Below are positions 44,633 to 55,554 of a stretch of DNA of 64,000 bases, one piece after another. The stretch is taken from contig BCKQ01000005.1 in the NCBI GenBank assembly GCA_001600695.1, positions 155,689 through 219,688 on the forward strand, given 5' to 3'. The stretch comes from Ascoidea asiatica JCM 7603. Lineage: Eukaryota > Fungi > Ascomycota. Under the pieces are notes generated by a model. It saw only the letters and a list, made by a program, of their open reading frames with translations. It did no database searches and had not been told where the DNA came from. Position 1 is the stretch's first letter. Every line of letters starts with the position of its first letter. The position numbers and the translations under genes are program-made.

Positions 44633-46357
44633 ATGGTATCTGAAACTTATTCATCAAGTTCTGTATCAACTTCAAGCTCTTCCATAACTCCAATAAATTC
44701 TCTGTCAAATAATTCAAAAAATGAATTAAATAATACCTCAAAATTAAAAAATAAAAATTATAAAAATAAAAACAATTCTCATAAATCTCCTCAGATTGAA
44801 AATAATAGACCTTCAAAACTTCAAAAGATTTCTTCTAATTCTAATTCCAGTTTTAATTCAATTTCTAACAATTCTTCAAATAAATTACCAACTCCAACTA
44901 CTTATATAGATTCAGATTCATCCGATTATAATGAATCTTCTGATGATTTAAAAGAATTTTCTTTTGATACAAATACTAATTCTGCTTCAAATTCAAAATC
45001 CTCAACTTCAACTACAATTAAATCTGAAAATAACAATAATAATAGTAATTCAAAAAATAAAAATAAAGGTAAACCTTCTAATTCAAATTCTGGTATAAAA
45101 AATGATTCGAATAATAATTCTTCTAAATTTGATCAAAATTCAAAATTTAAAAATGAAAAAAAAAAAGATACTTCATTACATGCTCCTTTTACTGCTGAGG
45201 ATGCTGCAAATGCAAGAAATTTCCTTAAAACTGAAGGTTCGATGCCATTTTTAGATTATTATTTACCAAGTAGAGCTTCTGGTGAAGATATTGTGAAAAT
45301 TATAATGCTTCTTGGTTATTATCCAGCTGATATAGATGAATTTACAAGTGAGAAAAATATTATTCATTTAATTAAATGTTTACAAAAAGCAATGAACAAA
45401 GTTTTAACTACGAGACATAAACTTGATGATTTTAATTCAATTGAAGATTTTATGCATAAACTTTTAACTGCAAAAAAAATTTTAGTTTTAACTGGAGCTG
45501 GAATTTCAACTTCTTTAGGTATTCCAGATTTTAGATCTTCAAAAGGTTTTTATTCAAGATTAGAAAATCTTGGTTTAAATGATCCTCAAGAAGTTTTTGA
45601 TTTAAAAACTTTTCATCAAGATCCATCTATTTTTTATTCAATAGCTGATATGGTTCTACCTCCAACAAATATTTTTACTCCATTACATGCTTTCATAAAA
45701 ATTTTACAAGATAAAGGAAAATTATTAAGAAATTATACTCAAAATATTGATAATTTAGAAAGTATTGTTGGTATCCACCCTGATAAATTAATTCAATGTC
45801 ATGGTTCTTTTGCAACTGCAACTTGTCAAACTTGCGGTTATAAAGTCAAAGGTAGTGCAATTTTTGATGATATTAGAAAAAAAGAATTAGCTTTTTGTAT
45901 TAAATGTACAAAAAAAAGAATCGAATTACTTGATTCTGGTAAAACTTTGAAACCTGCTTATGGTGTAATGAAACCTGATATTACTTTCTTTGGAGAAGCT
46001 TTACCTGAAAGATTTCATGATAATATGAATAAAGATATAAAAGAATGCGATTTATTAATATGTATCGGAACCTCATTAAAAGTTGCTCCTGTTTCAGAAA
46101 TTGTCAATAAAATACCGGAATATGTTCCCCAAGTTTTGATTAATAGAGATGAAGTATCTCATTGTCAATTCGATGTAAATTTATTAGGTTATTGTGATCA
46201 AATTATTTGTTATATATGTGATAAAATTAGCTGGGATATTCCTCATAAAAAATATCAAGAAATTTTGGATAGTGGTTTAGAAATTTCACATCCGGAACTT
46301 ACTGTCTATAAAATCACTGATGAAAATCAAAGAGCTGAACAAGAAAATAAATCTTGA
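44633..46357 (+). CDS. SIR2: NAD-dependent histone deacetylase Sir2/Hst1
   Basis: GAGISTSLGIPDFRS, NYTQNIDNLE, QCHGSFA, KPDITFFGEALP, IGTSLKVAPVS. Confidence 0.95.
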   Translation: MVSETYSSSSVSTSSSSITPINSLSNNSKNELNNTSKLKNKNYKNKNNSHKSPQIENNRPSKLQKISSNSNSSFNSISNNSSNKLPTPTTYIDSDSSDYNESSDDLKEFSFDTNTNSASNSKSSTSTTIKSENNNNNSNSKNKNKGKPSNSNSGIKNDSNNNSSKFDQNSKFKNEKKKDTSLHAPFTAEDAANARNFLKTEGSMPFLDYYLPSRASGEDIVKIIMLLGYYPADIDEFTSEKNIIHLIKCLQKAMNKVLTTRHKLDDFNSIEDFMHKLLTAKKILVLTGAGISTSLGIPDFRSSKGFYSRLENLGLNDPQEVFDLKTFHQDPSIFYSIADMVLPPTNIFTPLHAFIKILQDKGKLLRNYTQNIDNLESIVGIHPDKLIQCHGSFATATCQTCGYKVKGSAIFDDIRKKELAFCIKCTKKRIELLDSGKTLKPAYGVMKPDITFFGEALPERFHDNMNKDIKECDLLICIGTSLKVAPVSEIVNKIPEYVPQVLINRDEVSHCQFDVNLLGYCDQIICYICDKISWDIPHKKYQEILDSGLEISHPELTVYKITDENQRAEQENKS

Positions 46358-46607
46358 TTCTTGGCTTTTTTTTCTCTCGTTTTGTTTTTTCAGGTTTTTT
46401 CAACTTTGACTTTTTCTAAATTCTTGTTGATTGCTTTTTGTGTTTTTTATATTATACATATACACTCATATATATAAGTTTTTGATATAATCTTTTTTTT
46501 TGGAAAAAAAAATTTAACATTTTTCTAATTGATATTGTTTAACAAAATTTATTTACTAATCCATTTTAAAAACTTATAAAAAAATAGATATAAAGCACCT
46601 AACAACT

Positions 46608-47693
46608 TTAGTCAGAATCACTATCGTTGTCATCATTCTCAGATTCATTTAAAACTTGGTTATCTTCATCATCTTCATCAATTTCACCATTGGATGAATA
46701 TTTAGGAATCAGATCAGAATTATTTGAATCGATTATATCTTCTAAGTCATCAATAGCTGAAGTATCAATTGATTTTGTAATAGAGTTTTGATTGGTAATT
46801 TCATCAGTAAATTTTTTATGAATTTTAGCACCTTTATTCAAATTATTTAGTTTAGCATCTATTACTGGTAAGTAATTTTCTTGAATTGAATTTGGCTCAT
46901 TTATTGCACCTTCAATTGTAATAGCTTTACCTGAACTATGAATAGATTTAATATTAAATTTTAATTTTCCTTCAATTTTTATTCCATTTGAATCATTCCA
47001 ATAACCTAAAGAATGATTATCTGTATCATTAACGTCTATCTCATCCGCTTGATTGTTGATAAATTTCCAACTTGAAGGAATATTATTTTTTTTTATTGTT
47101 GCATTGAATATATCATGGATTAACAACCCTATATGAGAAGGTGATTGCATATAGCACCAACCATCTATAGTATCACCAATTTGTGGTTTCCAAATCAAAA
47201 AATCTACTTTTACCCATAAAAATACAAAAGGAGTATCAAATTTTATTGGAGCTAGACAAATTTTTCTTTTCTTTTTTCTTTCAAAAGAATCATCAGTATT
47301 GTCTTCATCTTCGTCATCTGTTTGATCAAAATTATCGTACATTCTATTTGCTAACTTAATATTAAAATATGATAACACTATTCCATGAACCGGAGAATAA
47401 AATGTCATTATTAAAGGATCTAAATGCTGAATTTTTATACCATTTATAGGATCATTTGCAAAACAAGGAGCAATTGAAAGATATAAATGAGCAGTTACTT
47501 TCTGAAAACATTTAGATAAGTTTTTTGATACAGAAGAAGTTTTAGAGCTCTCTGAATCAATTACATTACTATCTGTGCCAAATTCATTATTTTCATTCAA
47601 AGTTCCAATTGATTTTCTCTTTTTTAAAGCATGTGTATTTGACACACTTTCATCCAAGCTTGTTCTTTTTCTGGAATTTCCAATTGTTGACAT
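46608..47693 (-). CDS. RPA43: RNA polymerase I subunit A43
   Basis: LYLSIAP...GIKIQHLDPLIM, DTPFVFLW, WKPQIGD, QSPSHIGLLIHDIFNATIK; acidic tail. Confidence 0.94.
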   Translation of the reverse strand: MSTIGNSRKRTSLDESVSNTHALKKRKSIGTLNENNEFGTDSNVIDSESSKTSSVSKNLSKCFQKVTAHLYLSIAPCFANDPINGIKIQHLDPLIMTFYSPVHGIVLSYFNIKLANRMYDNFDQTDDEDEDNTDDSFERKKKRKICLAPIKFDTPFVFLWVKVDFLIWKPQIGDTIDGWCYMQSPSHIGLLIHDIFNATIKKNNIPSSWKFINNQADEIDVNDTDNHSLGYWNDSNGIKIEGKLKFNIKSIHSSGKAITIEGAINEPNSIQENYLPVIDAKLNNLNKGAKIHKKFTDEITNQNSITKSIDTSAIDDLEDIIDSNNSDLIPKYSSNGEIDEDDEDNQVLNESENDDNDSDSD

Positions 47694-48136
47694 ATTTTTT
47701 TTTTGTTTTTCTCTTTTAAGTTAAATTGATTTATAAAAAAATATTATTTTATTATGCCCAAATAATAAATTAATTTTAAACCAATATACTTCTTTAGAAT
47801 TATGGTCTAACTTAATTTTGAACAAAATTTTTAAAATAATTTTTTTTAAAGGTTACCTAAAAATAAGAAATAAATTTTTCAAAACCATTGAAGCATCCCG
47901 CGAGTTCCTGTAGCCAAATTCACGGATGTTTTAAAGACCCATAAATAATATCTGCGCGAAAGTTCTTTGATCACATTTGGCACGCATTCAATGTTTGAAG
48001 TTTTCTTAATTGAAATTCTCTTTCTTTTACTCTCCTTGAATTCTAATTAATCGTCATTCAATCATTTATTTATTGAAAAAATAAAAAATTAAAGCTTTCC
48101 ACACAAGTATATTCATTCTTTTAGCTTTTCAAAATT

Positions 48137-49447
48137 ATGTCCGAGATTGGGGTGAAGGTAGAAGCTATAGACTCTTTGTCAAAAGATGTTAAAGAACTTA
48201 CAGTAGATCAAGTAAAAACTAAAATTAAACCTGATAATGAGAATTCAGAAAATGAGAAGAAAATAGTACCTGACAGTAACGAGGCCACTAATGGTGAACA
48301 AACTACTGAACAAACTGGTGAAAAAAAGAAAAAAAAAAAGAAGAAGAAGCATTCTAAAAAAAAAAAAATAACTATCATTTCTCAATATTATCCAGATAAT
48401 ATATATCCTGAGGGTGAATGGATGGATTACAAAGATGAAAATAGTTTTCGTACAACAAATGAAGAAAAGAGATATTTAGATAATTTATCTAATAATAAAT
48501 GGGAACTATTTAGAAAAGGTTCCGAAGTTCACAGAAGAGTAAGAAAGTTAGGTAGAGAAAAATTCAAACCTGGAATGACAATGATTGAAGTAGTTGAAAC
48601 TGTAGAAAATGCACTTAGAACTTATACTGGAAATGAAAAAGTAGAAAAAGTCGCTGGAATAGGATTTCCAACAGGTGTATCGTTGAATCATGTAGCAGCA
48701 CATTATACACCTAATTCCAATGATAAACAAATATTAAGACAAGACGATGTAATGAAAGTGGATATTGGTGTTCATTATGATGGTTATATTGTTGATTGTG
48801 CTTTTACTCACACATTCAATCCAAGATATGATCCTTTATTGACAGCCGTAAGAGAAGCGACATATACTGGTATCAAAGAAGCCGGAATTGATGTAAGATT
48901 AACTGATATTGGTGAAGCAATTCAAGAAGTTATGGAAAGTCATGAAGTTGAGCTTGATAATAAGGTGTATCCAGTCAAATGCTTAAGAAATCTTTGTGGT
49001 CATAATATAGGTAGATTTCGTATTCATGGAGGGAAATCAGTTCCTATTGTTAAAAATGGAGATAATACAAAAATGGAAGAAGGAGAGACATTTGCGATTG
49101 AAACATTTGGTACTACAGGTAGAGGATATGTTGTTTCTGAAGGAGAATGCTCTCACTATGCTAAAAACCCAGATGCAAGTCATGTAACTTTAAGATTAGC
49201 TAGAGCTAAACAATTGTTGAAAACAATAGATGAGCATTTTGGAACATTACCTTGGTGTAGACGATACCTTGATAGAACCGGTGAAGAAAAATATCTATTG
49301 GCTTTAAAAAATTTAGTTTCGAATGGTTTAGTTAATGAATATCCTCCTCTTGTAGATATAAAAGGATCATATACAGCTCAATATGAACATACAATATTGC
49401 TTCATCCAACACGTAAAGAGGTTGTATCCAAAGGTGATGACTATTGA
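48137..49447 (+). CDS. MAP2: Methionine aminopeptidase 2
   Basis: Poly-Lys N-terminus, [35 protein letters not shown]. Confidence 0.98.
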   Translation: MSEIGVKVEAIDSLSKDVKELTVDQVKTKIKPDNENSENEKKIVPDSNEATNGEQTTEQTGEKKKKKKKKKHSKKKKITIISQYYPDNIYPEGEWMDYKDENSFRTTNEEKRYLDNLSNNKWELFRKGSEVHRRVRKLGREKFKPGMTMIEVVETVENALRTYTGNEKVEKVAGIGFPTGVSLNHVAAHYTPNSNDKQILRQDDVMKVDIGVHYDGYIVDCAFTHTFNPRYDPLLTAVREATYTGIKEAGIDVRLTDIGEAIQEVMESHEVELDNKVYPVKCLRNLCGHNIGRFRIHGGKSVPIVKNGDNTKMEEGETFAIETFGTTGRGYVVSEGECSHYAKNPDASHVTLRLARAKQLLKTIDEHFGTLPWCRRYLDRTGEEKYLLALKNLVSNGLVNEYPPLVDIKGSYTAQYEHTILLHPTRKEVVSKGDDY

Positions 49448-49998
49448 GTTCAAAGAATATAAGAGTAGTTTGAAGAAAGTATCATAAATAAAAAAAAATT
49501 ATCAATCAAAAAAAAAATTAGCTTTATAAAAAAAAAAGGTAGAAACAAATGTAAAATGCATTCAACGCCACAATTACCGATCTGCTTATAGTTTCCGGAT
49601 GTCCCTTTTCAAATGGAATTATGTACAAAAAATTATATATTTTTAGTTATCTTTAGTGCTTTGTAGCGGTTATTTTCTTCCCACCCCACTCCGGTGAACC
49701 TGTGACCTCTACAAATGCTGATCAAAATCAATGAATGAGATAGTGCAAAAATTGATAGAACGCTTGTAGGTTATTAACTAGTACCGGTAGTAGTACTTTA
49801 TATAGTGCACCACCACAGTACTGCAGTTTTGAACCATTTATTGTCCTACCACTTTACTGCTTTGCTCTTATGAAGGTTTTGACTTATTTATTGAAACTTA
49901 CAAATTAATCAAAATAGATTATATTCAGAATAAAACTATTAGTTTTGCTTGTTATTATTGCTTTAATTATTCGTTTTGCTCTTATGATTCTCTTCTAA

Positions 49999-52458
49999 AT
50001 GTTCTCTACCTATAAACTACCTGTAGTTTCTGAATCTAATAGAGCCAATAATGATCAAAATAACAATGATAAAAATAAAAATAATAAAAAAAGCAAAAGC
50101 AAAAACAAAAATCAAAACAATAGTAATGGAACTATTGAAAAAGGATTATCAAATACTGCATTATCGAGTAATGGATCATCAAATAATGGGTTATCGAGTA
50201 ATGGGTCTACTCCTAATATATCTTTAAAAACAGAGCATTCAGAAATGAACTGTTTTTCTTTATGTTTTTCACGTTCAAGGAATCCATACGCTTGTGAAAG
50301 ATGTAAATCTCTTAAAGTTAAATGTGTTCCTGTTGATCATAGTCAAATATATGGAGATTGTGAAAGATGTTTGAAAGCGAAACAAAAATGTATAATTGAT
50401 TTAAAAAATAGAAAAAGATTAAAAAGAAGTATATCAAGTAATTTTAAGCAGGAGTCTGAATCTTCTAAAATAATAAAATCTTCGGAAAATATAAATAAAC
50501 AAATAAAAATTCTTTCAGATTCAAAACCAGTTTCAAAACAAATCAATTTAAATTCCTTAAAGACTGTTCAAAATCAAGTTTCACTTCCATCTGAATCAAT
50601 TATCAATGAAATTGCTCCATTAGAATCTAATTGTCGCTCAATATATTCCGTTAAAAATAATGATGCAAGTTTTCAAAAAATTAGCTTAATTTTATCTAAA
50701 AAAATTTCTGATGATCTTTCTATTAGTTGGAATAGTTTTTTATATCAAATCAGTCTTTCATCTGAAGGTAAGTATATAATGAGAAATTCTGCTTTAAAAT
50801 TAACTAATTCATTATCTATTTCTAATGATGTAGTTTCTTTAGGGATTATCTCATTAGATGAAGCAAATTCAAGAATTAATTTTGTTAAAACTGTTTTCAA
50901 TGAATTACACTCTGTTCATGCCCATCATGTTGTTTCTTTACCTGATATTTCAATCAATGAATTTAGAATTCAATATCCTTTTTTATTTTTAACTTTGATC
51001 TCTATTACTTCAAAGGCAATTAAAAGAGTCACTACTTCCATAGTTTCTGATGATAATATAATTTATGATAAAAAAGAAATTTTTTTAAAAGAGTTCAAAA
51101 TTCAGTCTTTTCATTTATTTTATTTAAATCAAGAAGTTTTACTTCAAGGAAATAAATCTTTAGAATTATTAAGATCTTTATTTTTAACCATTAATTGGCT
51201 TAATGATATTGATCTTTATGCAAAACAAAAAACTCATCTTTATTTAAATCTATTTAATTCAATGATTTTAGATTTAGGTCTAGATGGAGATAACTTAAAT
51301 TTACCGGATTTACATTTCAAACATTATAATGCATCTTTGAGAAAATTTGCTTCTTTAACAAATAAAGATTCGCTTGAGTGTCAAAGATTATTAATCGCTG
51401 GTTATTTATTTTCCGTTTCATATTCAATTTTTTCTCAAAAACCATTATTGTTAACTTGGTCAAGATATATTGATAGATGCTGTTTAAAACTTTTAGATTC
51501 TGATAAAGATGATGATATAAGTATTGGTGCTTTAGGAAAATTATATTGTATGGTTGAAATTTGTTTAAATAAAAGTTATGATATTGAGCCCATTGAAGAT
51601 AATGGAAAATTAATTAAAAATGAAAACTTTTTTAATAATGATTTTAAAAATCAACAATTACTTGATTATTTTCTCTCGGAAATCAAAAAAATCGAAATCA
51701 AAGTTCAATCAAAAAAAATTGAAACAAATTTTCATTACCGAAGTTGTTTAAATACTTTAATTTTATTTCTATATGAAAATTGTATTCTAGCTTCTGCAGT
51801 TTTCACAAAACATGAAAATTCTAGATATAGTTTTACAGAACTTTTAAAAAAAAAAAAGTTCACACCATTAGTGATAAATACAATTGATATTTGTTATAAA
51901 TTATCATTAGAAAGTATTCACCTTTTTCAAGATCTAAAAGATGATGATGTAGCTATTCTTCCGATTATGTGTTTTCCTAGATTAGTATATTGTATAGGAT
52001 TTTTCCTAAAATTAAGTTTACTAGCAATCTATTTACCAATTAATTTAAAGCCCAATTTTCACAGAACTTTTATAAAGGGAAATCATCATTTTAGTGAAAA
52101 TTGTGTTTTTATTGTTCAAAATATTCAAAAAAAATTAAGAAAAGTCATAAATAAATTTATTTATTCAAATTATCTTCTAAAATTTAACTATGTTTCATCA
52201 TTATTATTATATTACTATAAAACAATACTTAATAATGAAGAAGAAGATTTTCAAAATCTTTTAAAAAAAAGAACGACATTAACTAGTAAAATGCTAAATG
52301 AAGAAAAGAGAGGAAAGATGGATAATTATGAAATTAAATATCCAATAGAAATGATTGAGCCCCAGAATGATATTAATTATTATTCTAATTTTAGTGATTT
52401 TAATCTTTTTAGTGAATGCTATTTTGACTATTTTGATATGTTAAATGATGGTCCATAA
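49999..52458 (+). CDS. Zn(II)2Cys6 fungal transcription factor (possibly War1-like)
   Basis: ACERCKSLKVKC-x9-CERCLKAKQKC binuclear cluster followed by a fungal TF middle region. Confidence 0.85.
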   Translation: MFSTYKLPVVSESNRANNDQNNNDKNKNNKKSKSKNKNQNNSNGTIEKGLSNTALSSNGSSNNGLSSNGSTPNISLKTEHSEMNCFSLCFSRSRNPYACERCKSLKVKCVPVDHSQIYGDCERCLKAKQKCIIDLKNRKRLKRSISSNFKQESESSKIIKSSENINKQIKILSDSKPVSKQINLNSLKTVQNQVSLPSESIINEIAPLESNCRSIYSVKNNDASFQKISLILSKKISDDLSISWNSFLYQISLSSEGKYIMRNSALKLTNSLSISNDVVSLGIISLDEANSRINFVKTVFNELHSVHAHHVVSLPDISINEFRIQYPFLFLTLISITSKAIKRVTTSIVSDDNIIYDKKEIFLKEFKIQSFHLFYLNQEVLLQGNKSLELLRSLFLTINWLNDIDLYAKQKTHLYLNLFNSMILDLGLDGDNLNLPDLHFKHYNASLRKFASLTNKDSLECQRLLIAGYLFSVSYSIFSQKPLLLTWSRYIDRCCLKLLDSDKDDDISIGALGKLYCMVEICLNKSYDIEPIEDNGKLIKNENFFNNDFKNQQLLDYFLSEIKKIEIKVQSKKIETNFHYRSCLNTLILFLYENCILASAVFTKHENSRYSFTELLKKKKFTPLVINTIDICYKLSLESIHLFQDLKDDDVAILPIMCFPRLVYCIGFFLKLSLLAIYLPINLKPNFHRTFIKGNHHFSENCVFIVQNIQKKLRKVINKFIYSNYLLKFNYVSSLLLYYYKTILNNEEEDFQNLLKKRTTLTSKMLNEEKRGKMDNYEIKYPIEMIEPQNDINYYSNFSDFNLFSECYFDYFDMLNDGP

Positions 52459-52812
52459 AATAAGATTATAAAATTAATAGAATAAAAAAATTATTAAGAT
52501 AGAAGTAAGATAATGGTAATATAAAAGGTGAAAATATACTCCTGAATATCAGAACTAGATATATATACTATTATAATATTCTTTAACCTTATATGAAATG
52601 ATTGTATATGATAAAATTTGATATAATATGATATACTATTGTATAACATGATATAATATAATATAATATAGAGATAGATTAATATAATGATTAGTACAAT
52701 CAAATAAGTAAGTGCTATAGTTTATATTCAAAGAGCATATGGTAATAAAGAATGAGTAAGAAAAGAGTGTATGTATACACAAGACCAGAAAATGAACATT
52801 TTTTATATAAAA

Positions 52813-54564
52813 TTAAATATATTTTATTGTTTTATTCCAAAATGTAGCATCTGTTATACAATTTAATTTGATTGCATAAAAATGAATTTTGCCATTTCGT
52901 ATGTAAATTTTATATAACCCTTTTGTTATTAACATATCAATTGGATTTACAGTATTACTATTATTGTTAGTACTATTACTGATTTTATGATTAGATAAAG
53001 ATTGATCCAACCAATCATTTTTCATTTCTACATCATCTATAGTAAAATTACATTCAAAAATTTCACATGGAAAAGATATACTATGTAAATCAGATAAAGG
53101 TTGAGATTTGAAAACTATTGCATTTGAGTTAAAAGGAAATTTATAATTGAAAGATTTTAATGTTGAATATATATCATTTGTAATCAAAGTTGAATTTTCA
53201 ATAAAGTTTTTTAATAAATGAATAAATTTTAGAGCTAATTTATCTCTAAAAGTTAATATAATTGAATTATGATCAAAAATTAATAGTTTTGAGGAAGAAG
53301 AATCTACTTGAATTATAAGAGATCTAGCATATTTATCATCTTGAGTTAGTTTTTCTTCATTATATATATTATTATTATTATTGTTATTCTTAATATCTAG
53401 ATCATTTTGATTATCATCTACGTAAGGCCTTTTATATTTTAACACAGTTGATTTATTTGAAGAAATTTGAGTAATATTAAATGGAATTAGATTTTTTCTT
53501 AAAACATTATTATAATTTAAAATAATTTCTTCTTTTAAGAAAAAAGGATTTAAAATAATTTTGAATTTAACTAAAGATTGAGCTAAAGCTTTAAACCTAT
53601 AGTATTTACATTCATTAATTAAAGAATATCTTAAAGAATCTGAAAATTGAAAAGAAGATATACTATCATAATTAATAAGAGAATTATCATTATTATCATT
53701 GTTACTATTATTATTGTTATTATTATCAGCATTATTAGTAAGATTATTTGAATTATTTTTAATCGACTTTAATAGATTTAAAATAATTTGAAATAAATTT
53801 TGATCTCTATTTGGTAAGATTATGGGAGCTTGAGGAGGGGGTCTAATTAAATTTTTTAATTGAATTAATTTAGTAGGATCTTGAAATATTGAATTAAAAG
53901 TAATTGTAAAAAAATTTGGATAATTACCATTTGATAAAATTAAATCTTTTGAGAACTTAAAAGATTTATTACCAATTATACAAAAAATATAATTTGAATT
54001 ATATAAAGAATATTTTAATCTTGGTAAATTATAATAAAAGGCATCCGAAAATAAATAAACAAATTCTAATGAAGAATCAATATTTATATGATAACCTTGT
54101 AAATGTAAATAAATTTTCTCAAACACTTCGGGTGATCTATCAATTGATAATAAAAGAGGTGAGTTATTATCAGATTTTCCATTTTTTTTATTATTTTTAC
54201 TATCTTCATTCCTTTCATTATTTTCACCACTTTCAAAAATATCAGTAATAATATTATCATTATTGATATTTTTGTTGGCAATTTTTAAGAAATAGTTTGT
54301 AAAATAAGAAGGAGCATCAGAAGATAAAGAAGCGCCACTTAATAAAAAAGTTTTGCCGCCAACGATGATTGTATACATATTTTCATGAGGTAAAACATTA
54401 GGAATTAAAGGTTCGAATTCATTTTCCATTTGATTTTGAGAAAGAGAAGCAGCTAAAAATCTTGAAGACGGATTACTAGTAACAGTAGTGTTCTCAAAAG
54501 ATTGAGATTGAGATTCATGGTGGATCCGAGACTGATCTTGATTAATATCCAAATCTACATCCAT
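52813..54564 (-). CDS. Tandem BTB/POZ-domain protein of the YLR108C/YDR132C family
   Basis: LPHENMYTI.VG...F.LSGASLSSDAPSYFT, IDRSP.VF, HLQGY, DAFYYNLP.L, GNYPNFF, LIRPPPQAP, ECKYYRFKAL; first ATG at 54564. Confidence 0.88.
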   Translation of the reverse strand: MDVDLDINQDQSRIHHESQSQSFENTTVTSNPSSRFLAASLSQNQMENEFEPLIPNVLPHENMYTIIVGGKTFLLSGASLSSDAPSYFTNYFLKIANKNINNDNIITDIFESGENNERNEDSKNNKKNGKSDNNSPLLLSIDRSPEVFEKIYLHLQGYHINIDSSLEFVYLFSDAFYYNLPRLKYSLYNSNYIFCIIGNKSFKFSKDLILSNGNYPNFFTITFNSIFQDPTKLIQLKNLIRPPPQAPIILPNRDQNLFQIILNLLKSIKNNSNNLTNNADNNNNNNSNNDNNDNSLINYDSISSFQFSDSLRYSLINECKYYRFKALAQSLVKFKIILNPFFLKEEIILNYNNVLRKNLIPFNITQISSNKSTVLKYKRPYVDDNQNDLDIKNNNNNNNIYNEEKLTQDDKYARSLIIQVDSSSSKLLIFDHNSIILTFRDKLALKFIHLLKNFIENSTLITNDIYSTLKSFNYKFPFNSNAIVFKSQPLSDLHSISFPCEIFECNFTIDDVEMKNDWLDQSLSNHKISNSTNNNSNTVNPIDMLITKGLYKIYIRNGKIHFYAIKLNCITDATFWNKTIKYI

Positions 54565-54729
54565 TGATAAACGCTGGTATAATATAAAACAATTTCTCAA
54601 GAAAATGAGTATTAGTTATAGAATAAATTAAGCCTTTTGCTGATTACTGCTAATATAATCTTTTATTGTAAACTTTCTTTATATGTCTGACTATATCTAC
54701 TATATTCTATTTCTAATATTTACTAGCAA

Positions 54730-55128
54730 TTACGTAATAAACCCTCAAAACTGGCGATGTTCTACATTTAAGCTAAAACAAAAAACGCGAAAAACAGAAA
54801 ACCAAACAAAGACTATCAGGAAGAGTGAAAGATTCCCAGTTGAGCAGGTTCAACAGACCTGCCAAAAAAAGTCTCTGAGTTGCAAGCAGGGCGCGTCCGT
54901 CACTCGCCAAAGCGGTATCTTCCAAAGTGCCGGGTGTATTACCACGTGTATAGGGTATTTCATGCTGCAACCAGTGTGGCAGGCTAGTAAAAAAGTAGCA
55001 CGTGATTTTGTTAGGGGTTTGCACGAATGGGATTCAAACAAAGGACAACGGTAAAAGCGGTGCTGCTTACTTTTTCATCACACGTCGAGCAGAGCTGGAT
55101 TCCCTGAGAGAAATCTTCTTGTGTGGCA
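54730..55128. promoter_or_regulatory. GC-rich divergent promoter with Yap-type TTACGTAA (54730-54737), CACGTG boxes (~54943, ~54999), ACGCGAAA and TGTGGC motifs
   Basis: Motif matches seen directly between the BTB gene and the CENP-B-like gene. Confidence 0.5.
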
Positions 55129-55211
55129 ATTTGTAACTCGCAAAATCTACCTCAAATTCCAATATCCCAAATTACTTTTAATCCAGCTAAAAACATCATC
55201 GAGATCAAGAT

Positions 55212-55240
55212 CAACAACAACAACAACAACAACAACAACA
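55212..55240. repeat. (CAA)n microsatellite
   Basis: About 9 perfect CAA units. Confidence 0.85.
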
Positions 55241-55554
55241 CCAAAATTGAAAGTAACATCAAATATTTGTGAAATAATCTGATAATATTTCAGTTGAAAT
55301 TAAGGCTTTAAAGATTATTATAATTATCATAATCACTGGGAAATTTAATCTTATCTATTTTAAGACTATTTCTGAAAAATCAAACTAAAAAGAAAATCCA
55401 AAAGGAAAATAAAAATAAAAAAATATAGTCAAATAGTCAATTAGCTTCCTTGTTAAATATTTTATTAATCTTTGTTTTGCTTATACAATAAAATTGGGAC
55501 TTCAAGTAGTACAATCTTTGTAAATATATAAATTTACTTGTACCTTAAGTCAAA

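Noticed and set aside
54683-55054. Three overlapping short ORFs in the GC-rich spacer
   Set aside because: No recognisable protein features, codon style unlike real genes, and the region is dense in TF motifs, so probably promoter DNA
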